Shown piece by piece: positions 9,879 to 17,213 of a DNA stretch of 64,000 bases. Position 1 is the first letter of the stretch. Each line of letters begins with the position of its first letter. The translations under genes and the position numbers were made by a program. This stretch comes from Candidatus Parcubacteria bacterium (GTDB lineage: Bacteria > Patescibacteriota > Patescibacteriia > Patescibacteriales > BM507): assembly GCA_002869265.1 (NCBI GenBank), contig PKTH01000036.1, positions 168,525 to 232,524 of the forward strand, in the 5' to 3' direction. Below the pieces are notes generated by a model that was given only the letters and a program-made list of their open reading frames with translations, made no database searches and was not told the origin of the DNA.

Positions 9879-9980
9879 CGCGATATAGATCATTATAAAC
9901 AAACACTTTTTGGACAGGCCGGCTGCCTGTCCCCTTAGCCCTAATCGACCTAACCCTCCTGGTCATTAGGGCTTTTTTTT
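9879..9980 (+). ncRNA. Candidate ~100-nt small RNA with a GC-rich hairpin and an intrinsic terminator whose loop carries CCCUCCU
   Basis: Lies between a consensus promoter and a T8 tract. Hairpin 1 is GGACAGGC-cggct-GCCTGTCC (9912-9932). Hairpin 2 is GCCCTAATCGACC-taaccctcct-GGTCATTAGGGC followed by TTTTTTTT (9938-9980). There is no ORF. The downstream gene has its own promoter (TTGGCG-18-TATAAT). 5' end estimated from the promoter. Confidence 0.5.
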
Positions 9981-10058
9981 GAAAAAAAATAAGTCTTGGC
10001 GAATAATTAATTTTTGTGTTATAATTTTATAATAATAAATCCCTAATGTGTATAAAAC

Positions 10059-10925
10059 ATGAACAAGCAAGGAGTTAAAAAATTAGTAAGCTTAAAAGTC
10101 TTAGCACAAGATAACGGTTTAACAATTTCCTTTTTAACAGAGCAGATAAAATTAGAAAGGCTTAAATTTGAAAAAAAATCTAACACAGTCTATTCTTCTC
10201 AGGCCTGGCTTGATGAGTATAGAAGAGATTTTACTTTTTTTGGTTATATGGTAAATAAGAATTTTCCAGAAACCAATAAAAAAGAAGAAAAGAAAATTGA
10301 GACAGGGAAGATAATTCAAGAAGATAAAGAGACAATAGACATAGAAAAAGAATTCGTAAGTAAATGGAATAAAGAATTCAAAAAAATTAACGATGATTTT
10401 AATTCTTTAGTTACTTCAAGTCCAAAGTCAAAGAAAAGTAAAAATGACTTTGCCAAAGCTCACAATATCCATAGTGCTATTATCGCCTCAGCCATCCTGT
10501 TGTTACTTTCGTTTTATACTGTCTTTTTATTCCCAGAGGCAGCAGATTCTTTAACCAGGAAAATAGATTTCCTAGTCAGGGTTCCTTATGAAAAAATAAA
10601 TTCCCTTGTTTTAACTAAAGTTATAGATGAGGAAGCATCAGTTGCAAAGAAAAATACTCCAAGCAGAGAAGAATTATCAAATTATATTAAAGAAAAATCT
10701 TCTTCTATTTCATACCCATCAGGATCTGTAATTCCAGTAAATGAAAATGACATAGTGCTTGGAGAAGTTGCCGGGATAGATGAAGGTTTCGAGGATGAAG
10801 AATCAACAATCAATGCTAGGGGCTTAGCCTTAACTTTTTTTACAAGTTTAGCAGAAAAGCAAAAAAACGCTTCTTTGAAATTAAATGACAAGCTTAGCTC
10901 TTGGATAGATTCGATTAAAAAATAA
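10059..10925 (+). CDS. Hypothetical membrane protein
   Basis: 288-aa ORF with a central TM AIIASAILLLLSFYTVFLF. No family recognised. Confidence 0.55.
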   Translation: MNKQGVKKLVSLKVLAQDNGLTISFLTEQIKLERLKFEKKSNTVYSSQAWLDEYRRDFTFFGYMVNKNFPETNKKEEKKIETGKIIQEDKETIDIEKEFVSKWNKEFKKINDDFNSLVTSSPKSKKSKNDFAKAHNIHSAIIASAILLLLSFYTVFLFPEAADSLTRKIDFLVRVPYEKINSLVLTKVIDEEASVAKKNTPSREELSNYIKEKSSSISYPSGSVIPVNENDIVLGEVAGIDEGFEDEESTINARGLALTFFTSLAEKQKNASLKLNDKLSSWIDSIKK

Positions 10926-10943
10926 AAATTTCATTATAAAAGG

Positions 10944-10976
10944 AAAAAAGGTTTGCACATGGCAAACCTTTTTGTT
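10944..10976. terminator. Bidirectional intrinsic terminator
   Basis: AAAGGTTTGC-acatg-GCAAACCTTT, flanked by an A-run and a T-run. Serves the plus-strand gene ending at 10925 and the minus-strand ORF ending at 10977. Confidence 0.75.
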
Positions 10977-11138
10977 TTATTGGGCGTAGCTTTGGGATGC
11001 TAAATCAAGACTGGTGTTTAATAAAGAAAATATCTTTATTAAAATCTCATTTAGTATCTCTGCTACCTCTGGTAGGGCTACACGAATAACCAGTATGGCT
11101 AGTGCCAAGCTGAGAGCCCCAGAAAATGCTTTTACCAT
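10977..11138 (-). CDS. Unannotated 53-aa small membrane protein
   Basis: Manual translation of the minus strand gives MVKAFSGALSLALAILVIRVALPEVAEILNEILIKIFSLLNTSLDLASQSYAQ*. The start context AAATATATG matches this genome's usual non-SD context. The stop abuts the terminator. Below the 60-aa cutoff of the ORF track. Confidence 0.5.
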   Translation of the reverse strand: MVKAFSGALSLALAILVIRVALPEVAEILNEILIKIFSLLNTSLDLASQSYAQ

Positions 11139-11258
11139 ATATTTATCTTTGGGCATCCCGGCGACTAACCCGGTATTCTATGATCATTGTGATCATGCCC
11201 TTGAGAATGTGAGTTTAGACAAGCTCACATACTTAAGAGCTGTAACGAATTTAAAGGA
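11139..11258 (-). promoter_or_regulatory. Structured ~120-nt 5' leader (candidate cis-regulatory RNA) of the 53-aa ORF
   Basis: Three-way junction GGGCAT[GATCA-caa-TGATC]atagaata[CCGG-gttagtcg-CCGG]GATGCCC at 11151-11200. Hairpin ATGTGAG-n10-CTCACAT at 11207-11230. Locally GC-rich in an AT-rich genome. 5' end estimated from the promoter. Confidence 0.4.
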
Positions 11259-11264
11259 CATTTT

Positions 11265-11293
11265 ATACTAGCATAATATTAATAATTTGTCAA
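11265..11293 (-). promoter_or_regulatory. Sigma-70-type promoter reading leftwards
   Basis: On the minus strand: TTGACA (11293-11288), 17-nt spacer, TAGTAT (11270-11265). Confidence 0.5.
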
Positions 11294-11321
11294 TAATTTT
11301 GTATTTACTTTTCTTGTTTTA

Positions 11322-11358
11322 AAATAAAAAACCGGATAAACTATAAAAGTTATCCGGC
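11322..11358 (-). terminator. Intrinsic terminator of the 85-aa membrane protein gene
   Basis: Minus strand reads GCCGGATAAC-ttttatag-TTATCCGG followed by TTTTT. Confidence 0.7.
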
Positions 11359-11364
11359 TCACAC

Positions 11365-11622
11365 TTATAGGTGGATACTTGGAGATCGTGCAAGTTTTTC
11401 GTTTTTTTCCTTGATCGATCGTCTCTCGATTCCTGAAAGGATGTTGAAAAAAACAGCCAAGAGCGCAGACCCGTAAAAAGAGACTAGAATGTTTATGGGG
11501 CTTGCGAAGAAGTTTTCGTAAAGACTTACATTGTATTCTTCGTAAATTCCGTGTCCAATAGCGGTCCCCACAGCAATTAACCCTGCAAAGATAGAAATAA
11601 AAAAATAAATATCCTTTTGCAT
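11365..11622 (-). CDS. Small hypothetical membrane protein (2 TM)
   Basis: 85 aa with two hydrophobic helices. SD AAGGAGAG lies 5 nt upstream of ATG. Has its own terminator. Confidence 0.65.
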   Translation of the reverse strand: MQKDIYFFISIFAGLIAVGTAIGHGIYEEYNVSLYENFFASPINILVSFYGSALLAVFFNILSGIERRSIKEKNEKLARSPSIHL

Positions 11623-11697
11623 TTTCTCTCCTTTGTAATAAGTTTTCGTAATTTTAATAAAAAAGAACCTTTTCTAGGTTAACACAATAATAAATAT

Positions 11698-12996
11698 ATG
11701 TCAAGAAGGCTTCCAGCAGAATTTGAATTAAAAATTGAAAAAATCTCTAATAATGGAGAGGGTGTTGGGTTTCTTGGGAAAAAAGAAATCCATATTTTTG
11801 GAGCATATCCAGGTGAAATTATATTAGCCAAACCAACTAAGAGGAAAAAGAGAGCTTGGAAAGCAGAAATTATTGAGGTTAAGAAAGCATTGAGAAAAAG
11901 AAGAGACCCAAAGGAGAGTCATTATCTTAGCTGTGGTCCTTGGCAAACTATTGATGAAAAATATCAGCTGAAGATTAAAAAGGACTTGGTGGTAAAAGCA
12001 TTTAAAAATGAACTCTCAAAGCAAAAAAAACCAAATCCAAAAATAATTCAAAGCCAGGAGAAACTTCATTATAGAAATAAGATGGAGTTTAGTTTTACAG
12101 AGCTAAATGGAGAATTAAGATTGGCTTTACATAAAAGATATAGACATGGTTTGTATTCTGATCTGGATTCATGCTGTTTAGCGCATGAAAAAGTAAATAA
12201 AGTTGCTGATCAAGTATTACAAATAATAAAAAACAAAAAGATTACTAAGGATAAATTGAAAAATCTTTTGATTAGATATTCAATTTATGAGAATAAATGC
12301 CTTGTTGCGCTCTATGTTACTGATAAAGATTTTGTGAAAATAGATTTAGACAATGCTGACATTAAGGGTTGGCAAATAATTTATTCTGACCCACAATCAC
12401 CTGCGACTGTTTGTACGGAGATTTTGCATAAAAAGGGAGAAGATTCAATACTAGAAAATATTGATAACAAGATTTTAAAATACTATTATGATTCATTCTT
12501 TCAGATAAATCCTCAAGCTTTTGAGGAGATTGTCACGTACCTCAAAAAGAATCTTAAGAGCAATAAAACTTTAGTTGATTTGTATTCTGGGGTTGGGACT
12601 ATTGGTATTTGTTTGGCTGATTTGTTTACCGATATTCATTCTGTGGAGTTTGATAAAAAAGCTTCTGAAATAACCAATGAGAACGCAATAAAAAATAATA
12701 TATCAAACTTAAAAACATATGGCGGTGAAACAGAAAAACAAGATTTGACATCATACCTATCTAAGGGTGATACTTTGATAGTTGACCCACCAAGATCTGG
12801 GATGCACCCCAAAGCAGTTAAGCAGATTATGAATATTGGTCCAGAGACATTTGTTTATGTTTCTTGTAACCCATATACTCAGTTAAGAGACATGAAAGAA
12901 TTTTCTAAAATATATAAAATAAAAAAGTGGCGCTTGTTTGATATGTATCCGCAAACTCCACATTTGGAGAGCGTCTTAATGTTGAAATTAAAATAA
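11698..12996 (+). CDS. TRAM-domain RNA (uracil-5-)-methyltransferase, RlmD/RumA/TrmA family
   Basis: 432 aa. N-terminal TRAM-like segment. SAM motif DLYSGVGTIG. Further motifs DPPRSGM, YVSCNP, DMYPQTPHLE. The C-x5-C-x2-C Fe-S motif of RumA is not present (reads CGPWQT). Confidence 0.85.
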   Translation: MSRRLPAEFELKIEKISNNGEGVGFLGKKEIHIFGAYPGEIILAKPTKRKKRAWKAEIIEVKKALRKRRDPKESHYLSCGPWQTIDEKYQLKIKKDLVVKAFKNELSKQKKPNPKIIQSQEKLHYRNKMEFSFTELNGELRLALHKRYRHGLYSDLDSCCLAHEKVNKVADQVLQIIKNKKITKDKLKNLLIRYSIYENKCLVALYVTDKDFVKIDLDNADIKGWQIIYSDPQSPATVCTEILHKKGEDSILENIDNKILKYYYDSFFQINPQAFEEIVTYLKKNLKSNKTLVDLYSGVGTIGICLADLFTDIHSVEFDKKASEITNENAIKNNISNLKTYGGETEKQDLTSYLSKGDTLIVDPPRSGMHPKAVKQIMNIGPETFVYVSCNPYTQLRDMKEFSKIYKIKKWRLFDMYPQTPHLESVLMLKLK

Positions 12997-13017
12997 AGTC
13001 AAAAATAAATTAAACAC

Positions 13018-13046
13018 TTGACTAATATTCTATTTTCGGTTAATAT
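13018..13046 (+). promoter_or_regulatory. Sigma-70-type promoter
   Basis: TTGACT (13018-13023), 17-nt spacer, TAATAT (13041-13046). Confidence 0.55.
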
Positions 13047-13106
13047 AAAAAGGTTGTTCTTTTAATAAAAATATATAAACTAAACACAAATATAAGGGGA
13101 GAGAAA

Positions 13107-13367
13107 TTGAAAACAAACATTAAGATAGAAACTGGGTTTAAGTCAAACCTCCAGACAAGGTGCGGTGCCAGGATAAAAGTTACCAAGATTGACTCTATTA
13201 ACAAAACCTTCGAAGGAGAGGTTCATACTGACAAATCTACAGCCCTAAGAGGGAGCATGACGTCTTCATGGCAATTTAATGGAAGAAACCTTGAGGGTAT
13301 TTATGATTTGAATGTAGTTTCACTATCGAGCGTTCGTTCGCTTTCCAAAAAGTCTGCTGTTGCTTAG
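13107..13367 (+). CDS. Small hypothetical soluble protein
   Basis: 86 aa. TTG start preceded by GGGGAGAG. Followed by a terminator. Confidence 0.5.
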   Translation: MKTNIKIETGFKSNLQTRCGARIKVTKIDSINKTFEGEVHTDKSTALRGSMTSSWQFNGRNLEGIYDLNVVSLSSVRSLSKKSAVA

Positions 13368-13380
13368 TTTATAATGTACT

Positions 13381-13412
13381 GCGATCAGTTTCTTGATCGC
13401 TTTTATTTTTTT
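13381..13412 (+). terminator. Intrinsic terminator between two small genes
   Basis: GCGATCA-gtttct-TGATCGC followed by TTTTATTTTTTT. Confidence 0.75.
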
Positions 13413-13424
13413 CTAGGAGGTTTA

Positions 13425-13715
13425 GTGATAAATTTATTAGATTTTTATGGTGTTGGAGACGTTTTGCCGAGAAGAGATGGAGGTGAATTAGAGATTGTAG
13501 AGAGGTTGAGTAAAAAAATATTTTTAGGCGCAATCTTGTCTTCAATTGGTGGTAAACGTGAGTTTATAGTTAAATTCGACAAAGAAGGGAAAAATATTTA
13601 TGGGGTTAATAATTTTGGCGCTGATGTCGATTTACGAAAAGCATTACATGGAAAAACACCCTTATCAGGACAGAATAACGAGACTTTCTCAGATAAAAAT
13701 AGAATAGCAGTATAG
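13425..13715 (+). CDS. Small hypothetical protein
   Basis: Start set at GTG 13425, 4 nt after AGGAGG (13415-13420). The ORF-track start ATG 13374 would translate through the terminator hairpin. Confidence 0.5.
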   Translation: MINLLDFYGVGDVLPRRDGGELEIVERLSKKIFLGAILSSIGGKREFIVKFDKEGKNIYGVNNFGADVDLRKALHGKTPLSGQNNETFSDKNRIAV

Positions 13716-13778
13716 ACATACAGGCGATCTAAAATAGGTCGCCTTTTTTATTTAAAAACTCCGTGTTAGTATAGAAAT

Positions 13779-14279
13779 ATGAAAATAGCAATTATTTCAG
13801 ATGTTCACAATAACGAAGTGAACCTCAAAAAAACTCTAAATATTGCAAAGGAGTATAGCGTAGAGAAGCTTATCTCTTGTGGGGATCTAGCGTCTTCAGA
13901 GATGCTCGATTTTATTGTAAGTAACTTTCAGGGCGAAGTTTATCATGTTTTTGGGAATATGGACGATGCTCACATGTCTGAACTGAAAGGTCGTAAAGAA
14001 TATAGAGGTGTAAAGATGTTTCCCAAAAAGGGGGAGATAGAAATAGGGGAGAGGAAGTTGGCTTTTACTCATTACCCAAATGTTGCTCGCAATATATGTC
14101 AAAAAGGAAAATGTCAAATTGTTTTTTATGGACACACCCACAAACCCTGGGAAGAGAAAATTAATTCATGTAGAATGGTAAACCCAGGTTGTGTTACAGG
14201 AGATTATTATCCAGCTACTTTTGCTATTCTAAATACAGAGAATGATGACTTAAAACTAATTTTATTAGATGATGAATAA
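13779..14279 (+). CDS. YfcE/MJ0936-family metallophosphoesterase
   Basis: 166 aa. Motifs ISDVHNN, CGDL, GNMD, YGHTH. Confidence 0.85.
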   Translation: MKIAIISDVHNNEVNLKKTLNIAKEYSVEKLISCGDLASSEMLDFIVSNFQGEVYHVFGNMDDAHMSELKGRKEYRGVKMFPKKGEIEIGERKLAFTHYPNVARNICQKGKCQIVFYGHTHKPWEEKINSCRMVNPGCVTGDYYPATFAILNTENDDLKLILLDDE

Positions 14280-14738
14280 ATGATTATTAATATTATCTCA
14301 ATTGGAAAAATCAAAGAGCCTTATATAAAAGATGCGGTTTTAGAGTATAAAAAGCGTTTAGGTCCGTACGTAAAAATTAAAGAGCTAGAATTAAAAGCAG
14401 AGTCTTTTGGTGCGGATATTAAAGAAAAAGTGAAAAAAATTGAAGGGGAACGTTTACTTAAATCTCTTGAGAAATACAATAAAGAAAATATTTTTCTCTT
14501 AGATGAAAATGAAAAAGAATATAGTTCTATTGGGTTTTCTCGTTTACTTGAGTCAAAAGATGAGTTGGTCTTTGTAGTTGCTGGCTCTCTAGGTTGGAGT
14601 GATGACTTGCGACAGAGTAGTTTTAAAAAAATATCTTTGTCGAAAATGACCTTTCCTCATGAGTTGGCCAGATTATTGCTTTTTGAACAAATATACAGAG
14701 GAGTAACTATAATAAAAGGGAAAGATTACCATTATTAA
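14280..14738 (+). CDS. rlmH: 23S rRNA (pseudouridine1915-N3)-methyltransferase RlmH (SPOUT)
   Basis: 152 aa. Motifs FVVAGSLGWSDDL and SLSKMTFPHELARLLLFEQIYRG. Confidence 0.9.
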   Translation: MIINIISIGKIKEPYIKDAVLEYKKRLGPYVKIKELELKAESFGADIKEKVKKIEGERLLKSLEKYNKENIFLLDENEKEYSSIGFSRLLESKDELVFVVAGSLGWSDDLRQSSFKKISLSKMTFPHELARLLLFEQIYRGVTIIKGKDYHY

Positions 14739-14773
14739 TAGAATTTATCCCAATATTGTGATAATATTTAAGC

Positions 14774-15388
14774 ATGACGATTATTTATTACATTTTATTT
14801 GCTGCAGCGTTGTATTATTTTACTGTACTGTTGTTTGATTTTCTCCTAAGAGGTTTTGTTCCTTTTATTTCTTCGAGGCCTTGGGTGGTTGATCAAATTA
14901 ATGATCAATTAAAAAAACTAAAGCTAAACAATTCTCCAAATTTTAAAGCAGTTTCTTTGGGCTCTGGTCGTTCTGGTTTTTTTGCATCTCTTGAGAAAAA
15001 ATTTCCAGAGGCAGAATTGGAAGGCCATGAAAAGGGGTTTATCTATTTTTTGCTTTCTTGGCTACAGGCCTTCATTAGGAGGTCAAAAATTAAGGTTAGA
15101 AGAAGTAGGCATTTTCATAGAGTGGGGGTGGCAGATGTTGACCTGATTTATTGTTACGCTCCAAGTTCGGAAACTATTCGTGAGCTCGGAGATAAATTTA
15201 AGTTTGAATGTCGACCAGGTACTATTGTTTTGAGTAATGGCTTTGTTGTCCCATTTCTTGATGTTAAAGAGATTTTAGAGCTCAGTGATAGTCGTGGTAG
15301 ATATTCATTTTTATCGAAAAATAGATTTCTTTTAAAAAAGAATAGACGCTCCAATAAAGAGAATAAAGTTTATGTTTATGTAATCTAG
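14774..15388 (+). CDS. Membrane-anchored putative class I SAM-dependent methyltransferase
   Basis: 204 aa. N-terminal TM, then GFVPFISS (PF(V/I)P-type motif) and a Gly-rich SLGSGRSGF. Assignment is motif-level only. Confidence 0.4.
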   Translation: MTIIYYILFAAALYYFTVLLFDFLLRGFVPFISSRPWVVDQINDQLKKLKLNNSPNFKAVSLGSGRSGFFASLEKKFPEAELEGHEKGFIYFLLSWLQAFIRRSKIKVRRSRHFHRVGVADVDLIYCYAPSSETIRELGDKFKFECRPGTIVLSNGFVVPFLDVKEILELSDSRGRYSFLSKNRFLLKKNRRSNKENKVYVYVI

Positions 15389-15477
15389 TCTTTTCTTTTA
15401 TTTTTCGAATGACTCCAATCTTGATTGGAGTTTTTTAATATTGATATTTTAGCTAAAAAAGGGTAAAATAATTATAT

Positions 15478-16164
15478 ATGATAAAGAGAAAGAAGATAAT
15501 AATTCTGTTATTATTAGCCTTTTTAGTATCCGGGTGCTCTAGGAATATAGAAACTTCGGATGATAATTGGCAGGATGAGGTTCTTTTTGCATCTGAGTGT
15601 GGATTGGATGGTTTACAGTGTTGTCAGGATTCTGGTCCGGAATGTATCTATGGACAGGCATGTTGTGTTGACCCAAATGATCCCAAGCTTACATATTGCG
15701 CTGATGAGTGCGTTTTCGGCTCTCCCAATACTTTCTGCAGGGCTGAGGATCCAAAATGTGATGAAGGTTCAGTCTGTCTAAATTCCTATTGTCAAAAAGC
15801 AGGAGGCGATAAACAACCATGTTATAAAGATGGTTCCTGCAATGGTGGTTCAGTATGCGATGGTGTTTACTGCGTAGAGTGTGGTTTACCCGGTAATCCA
15901 TGCTGCGAAAATGAAGTTACTTATAAATGTGTTTCAGAAAATAATTTCGATGAATCCAGGACAGCCTGTTTTGAAAATAATTGTTTGGAATGTGGTCATT
16001 CTTCTGGGATAGCTTGTCCTGAGGACCCATTTTGTAATTCAGGCCACTTGAACAATAACAATACATGTCTAAAATGTGGCAATTACAATCAACCTTGTTG
16101 TCAGGAAGGGAATCAATGCCCAGGATCAGAAAACCTTTCATGCCAGTCCGGCTTTTGTTTATAA
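15478..16164 (+). CDS. Cysteine-rich secreted lipoprotein
   Basis: 228 aa. Lipobox LVSGC. 33 Cys. Four copies of an (E/K)CG-x5-6-(C)C module. Confidence 0.7.
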   Translation: MIKRKKIIILLLLAFLVSGCSRNIETSDDNWQDEVLFASECGLDGLQCCQDSGPECIYGQACCVDPNDPKLTYCADECVFGSPNTFCRAEDPKCDEGSVCLNSYCQKAGGDKQPCYKDGSCNGGSVCDGVYCVECGLPGNPCCENEVTYKCVSENNFDESRTACFENNCLECGHSSGIACPEDPFCNSGHLNNNNTCLKCGNYNQPCCQEGNQCPGSENLSCQSGFCL

Positions 16165-16183
16165 AACTTTTAAAAAATATTTT

Positions 16184-16411
16184 ATGATGAACTTAATAAA
16201 AAACATTAGAAAAAAAGTAAATGGGATAATTAGATCTTTTACGATAACCGGGGTACTTCTAATTTTCCTTGGTATTTTGATTCTAAAAAATGATTACATA
16301 TTTACAGTCTTAGTAGCTCTGTTTATGTTTATAGTGGCTTATACTTTTTTAAGTGGTGCGTATAAGTTATGGTCAATGAAGAAAGATTTTGATAAATATT
16401 TAAATAAATAG
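16184..16411 (+). CDS. Small hypothetical membrane protein (2 TM)
   Basis: The ORF-track start 16076 overlaps the Cys-rich gene. The in-frame ATG at 16184 gives 75 aa (MMNLIKNIRKK..). Confidence 0.5.
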   Translation: MMNLIKNIRKKVNGIIRSFTITGVLLIFLGILILKNDYIFTVLVALFMFIVAYTFLSGAYKLWSMKKDFDKYLNK

Positions 16412-16466
16412 CTAATTATAGACAAAATAATTGATTTGTGCTATAAATTTACCTTAGAATAAATAA

Positions 16467-16742
16467 ATGAAAAAGAAAATATATCTATTTTTGTCAGTAA
16501 TTTTGTTTATCGCTCTGAGTTTTATAATCCATGCTGCTATAGAATATCCAATAATACTACTACTGGTTTCAGATTTTGATAAATATTCTTTTGGAATTAC
16601 CTGGGGGCAGATGATGTTGGTGCATAGAATTTTTACTATTTTCTTATTACTTTCCATGTCTATTCTTGGTTATTTTGTAGGCCAAAAATGGTGGCAATAT
16701 GTCTATGTTGATAGAAAATATAAAAAAAATATAAAAATATGA
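16467..16742 (+). CDS. Small hypothetical membrane protein
   Basis: 91 aa with 2-3 TM. ATGA stop/start overlap with the next gene. Confidence 0.5.
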   Translation: MKKKIYLFLSVILFIALSFIIHAAIEYPIILLLVSDFDKYSFGITWGQMMLVHRIFTIFLLLSMSILGYFVGQKWWQYVYVDRKYKKNIKI

Positions 16743-17212
16743 AAAAAATAACTCTTATAACGCTCTTCTTAGTTATCCTAACTGCATTATCAGCTTGTTC
16801 AAAAAAAGAGGAAACATATATTATGGACCAGTTGGCCTCTGATGGTAAATTCCATTACTCAAATCAAGACCTTGGTTTTTCGGTAGAGTTACCAGAAGAA
16901 TTTGATCATTACCAAACACAAAGGATTTCATATTCTGATAATGTAAAAGTTGAATTCTATGTTCCTACAAGTGATCAAACGTATATACAAAAAATCCCTA
17001 GCTACGAAGAATTTTTGTCTGTGAGTGTTTATGACGAAGATTCTTTCAATCAGGATGATTTTGATCTCTCTCGGGAAAATCTAAAAACCATCAAAGGGAA
17101 CTCGAAGGTTTACTTAATTAAATACTGGGAACAAGTTCCGAATGACTGGGTAAGTAAATGGAACAGTGAAATGAGAGATAGTATTATTTCAAGTATTAAA
17201 CTATTAAAATAA
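16739..17212 (+). CDS. Hypothetical lipoprotein
   Basis: 157 aa. Signal peptide with lipobox LSAC. Confidence 0.6.
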   Translation: MKKITLITLFLVILTALSACSKKEETYIMDQLASDGKFHYSNQDLGFSVELPEEFDHYQTQRISYSDNVKVEFYVPTSDQTYIQKIPSYEEFLSVSVYDEDSFNQDDFDLSRENLKTIKGNSKVYLIKYWEQVPNDWVSKWNSEMRDSIISSIKLLK

Positions 17213-17213
17213 A

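Noticed and set aside
10944-11258. Possible RNase P RNA, SRP RNA, tmRNA or purine riboswitch
   Set aside because: I looked for GGAAAGUCC and ACAGAAnnCGGCUUA (RNase P), and for GGAA-tetraloop plus AGCA helix-8 geometry (SRP). I also looked for GGGG...UCCACCA ends with a T-arm (tmRNA). None fits. AUAGAAUACCGGGUUA only loosely resembles RNase P CR-IV and is in the wrong position. The three-way junction has a 3-nt L2 loop, which is incompatible with purine riboswitch loop-loop pairing.
11014-11271. 85-aa plus-strand ORF from the ORF track
   Set aside because: It has a GTG start with no RBS or promoter and begins just after a terminator. The region is better explained by a minus-strand promoter, structured leader, 53-aa ORF and terminator.
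16076-16183. N-terminal 36 aa of the 111-aa ORF overlapping the Cys-rich lipoprotein gene
   Set aside because: The overlap is an out-of-frame read-through of the upstream gene. The in-frame ATG at 16184, just after that gene's stop, gives a sensible 75-aa membrane protein.
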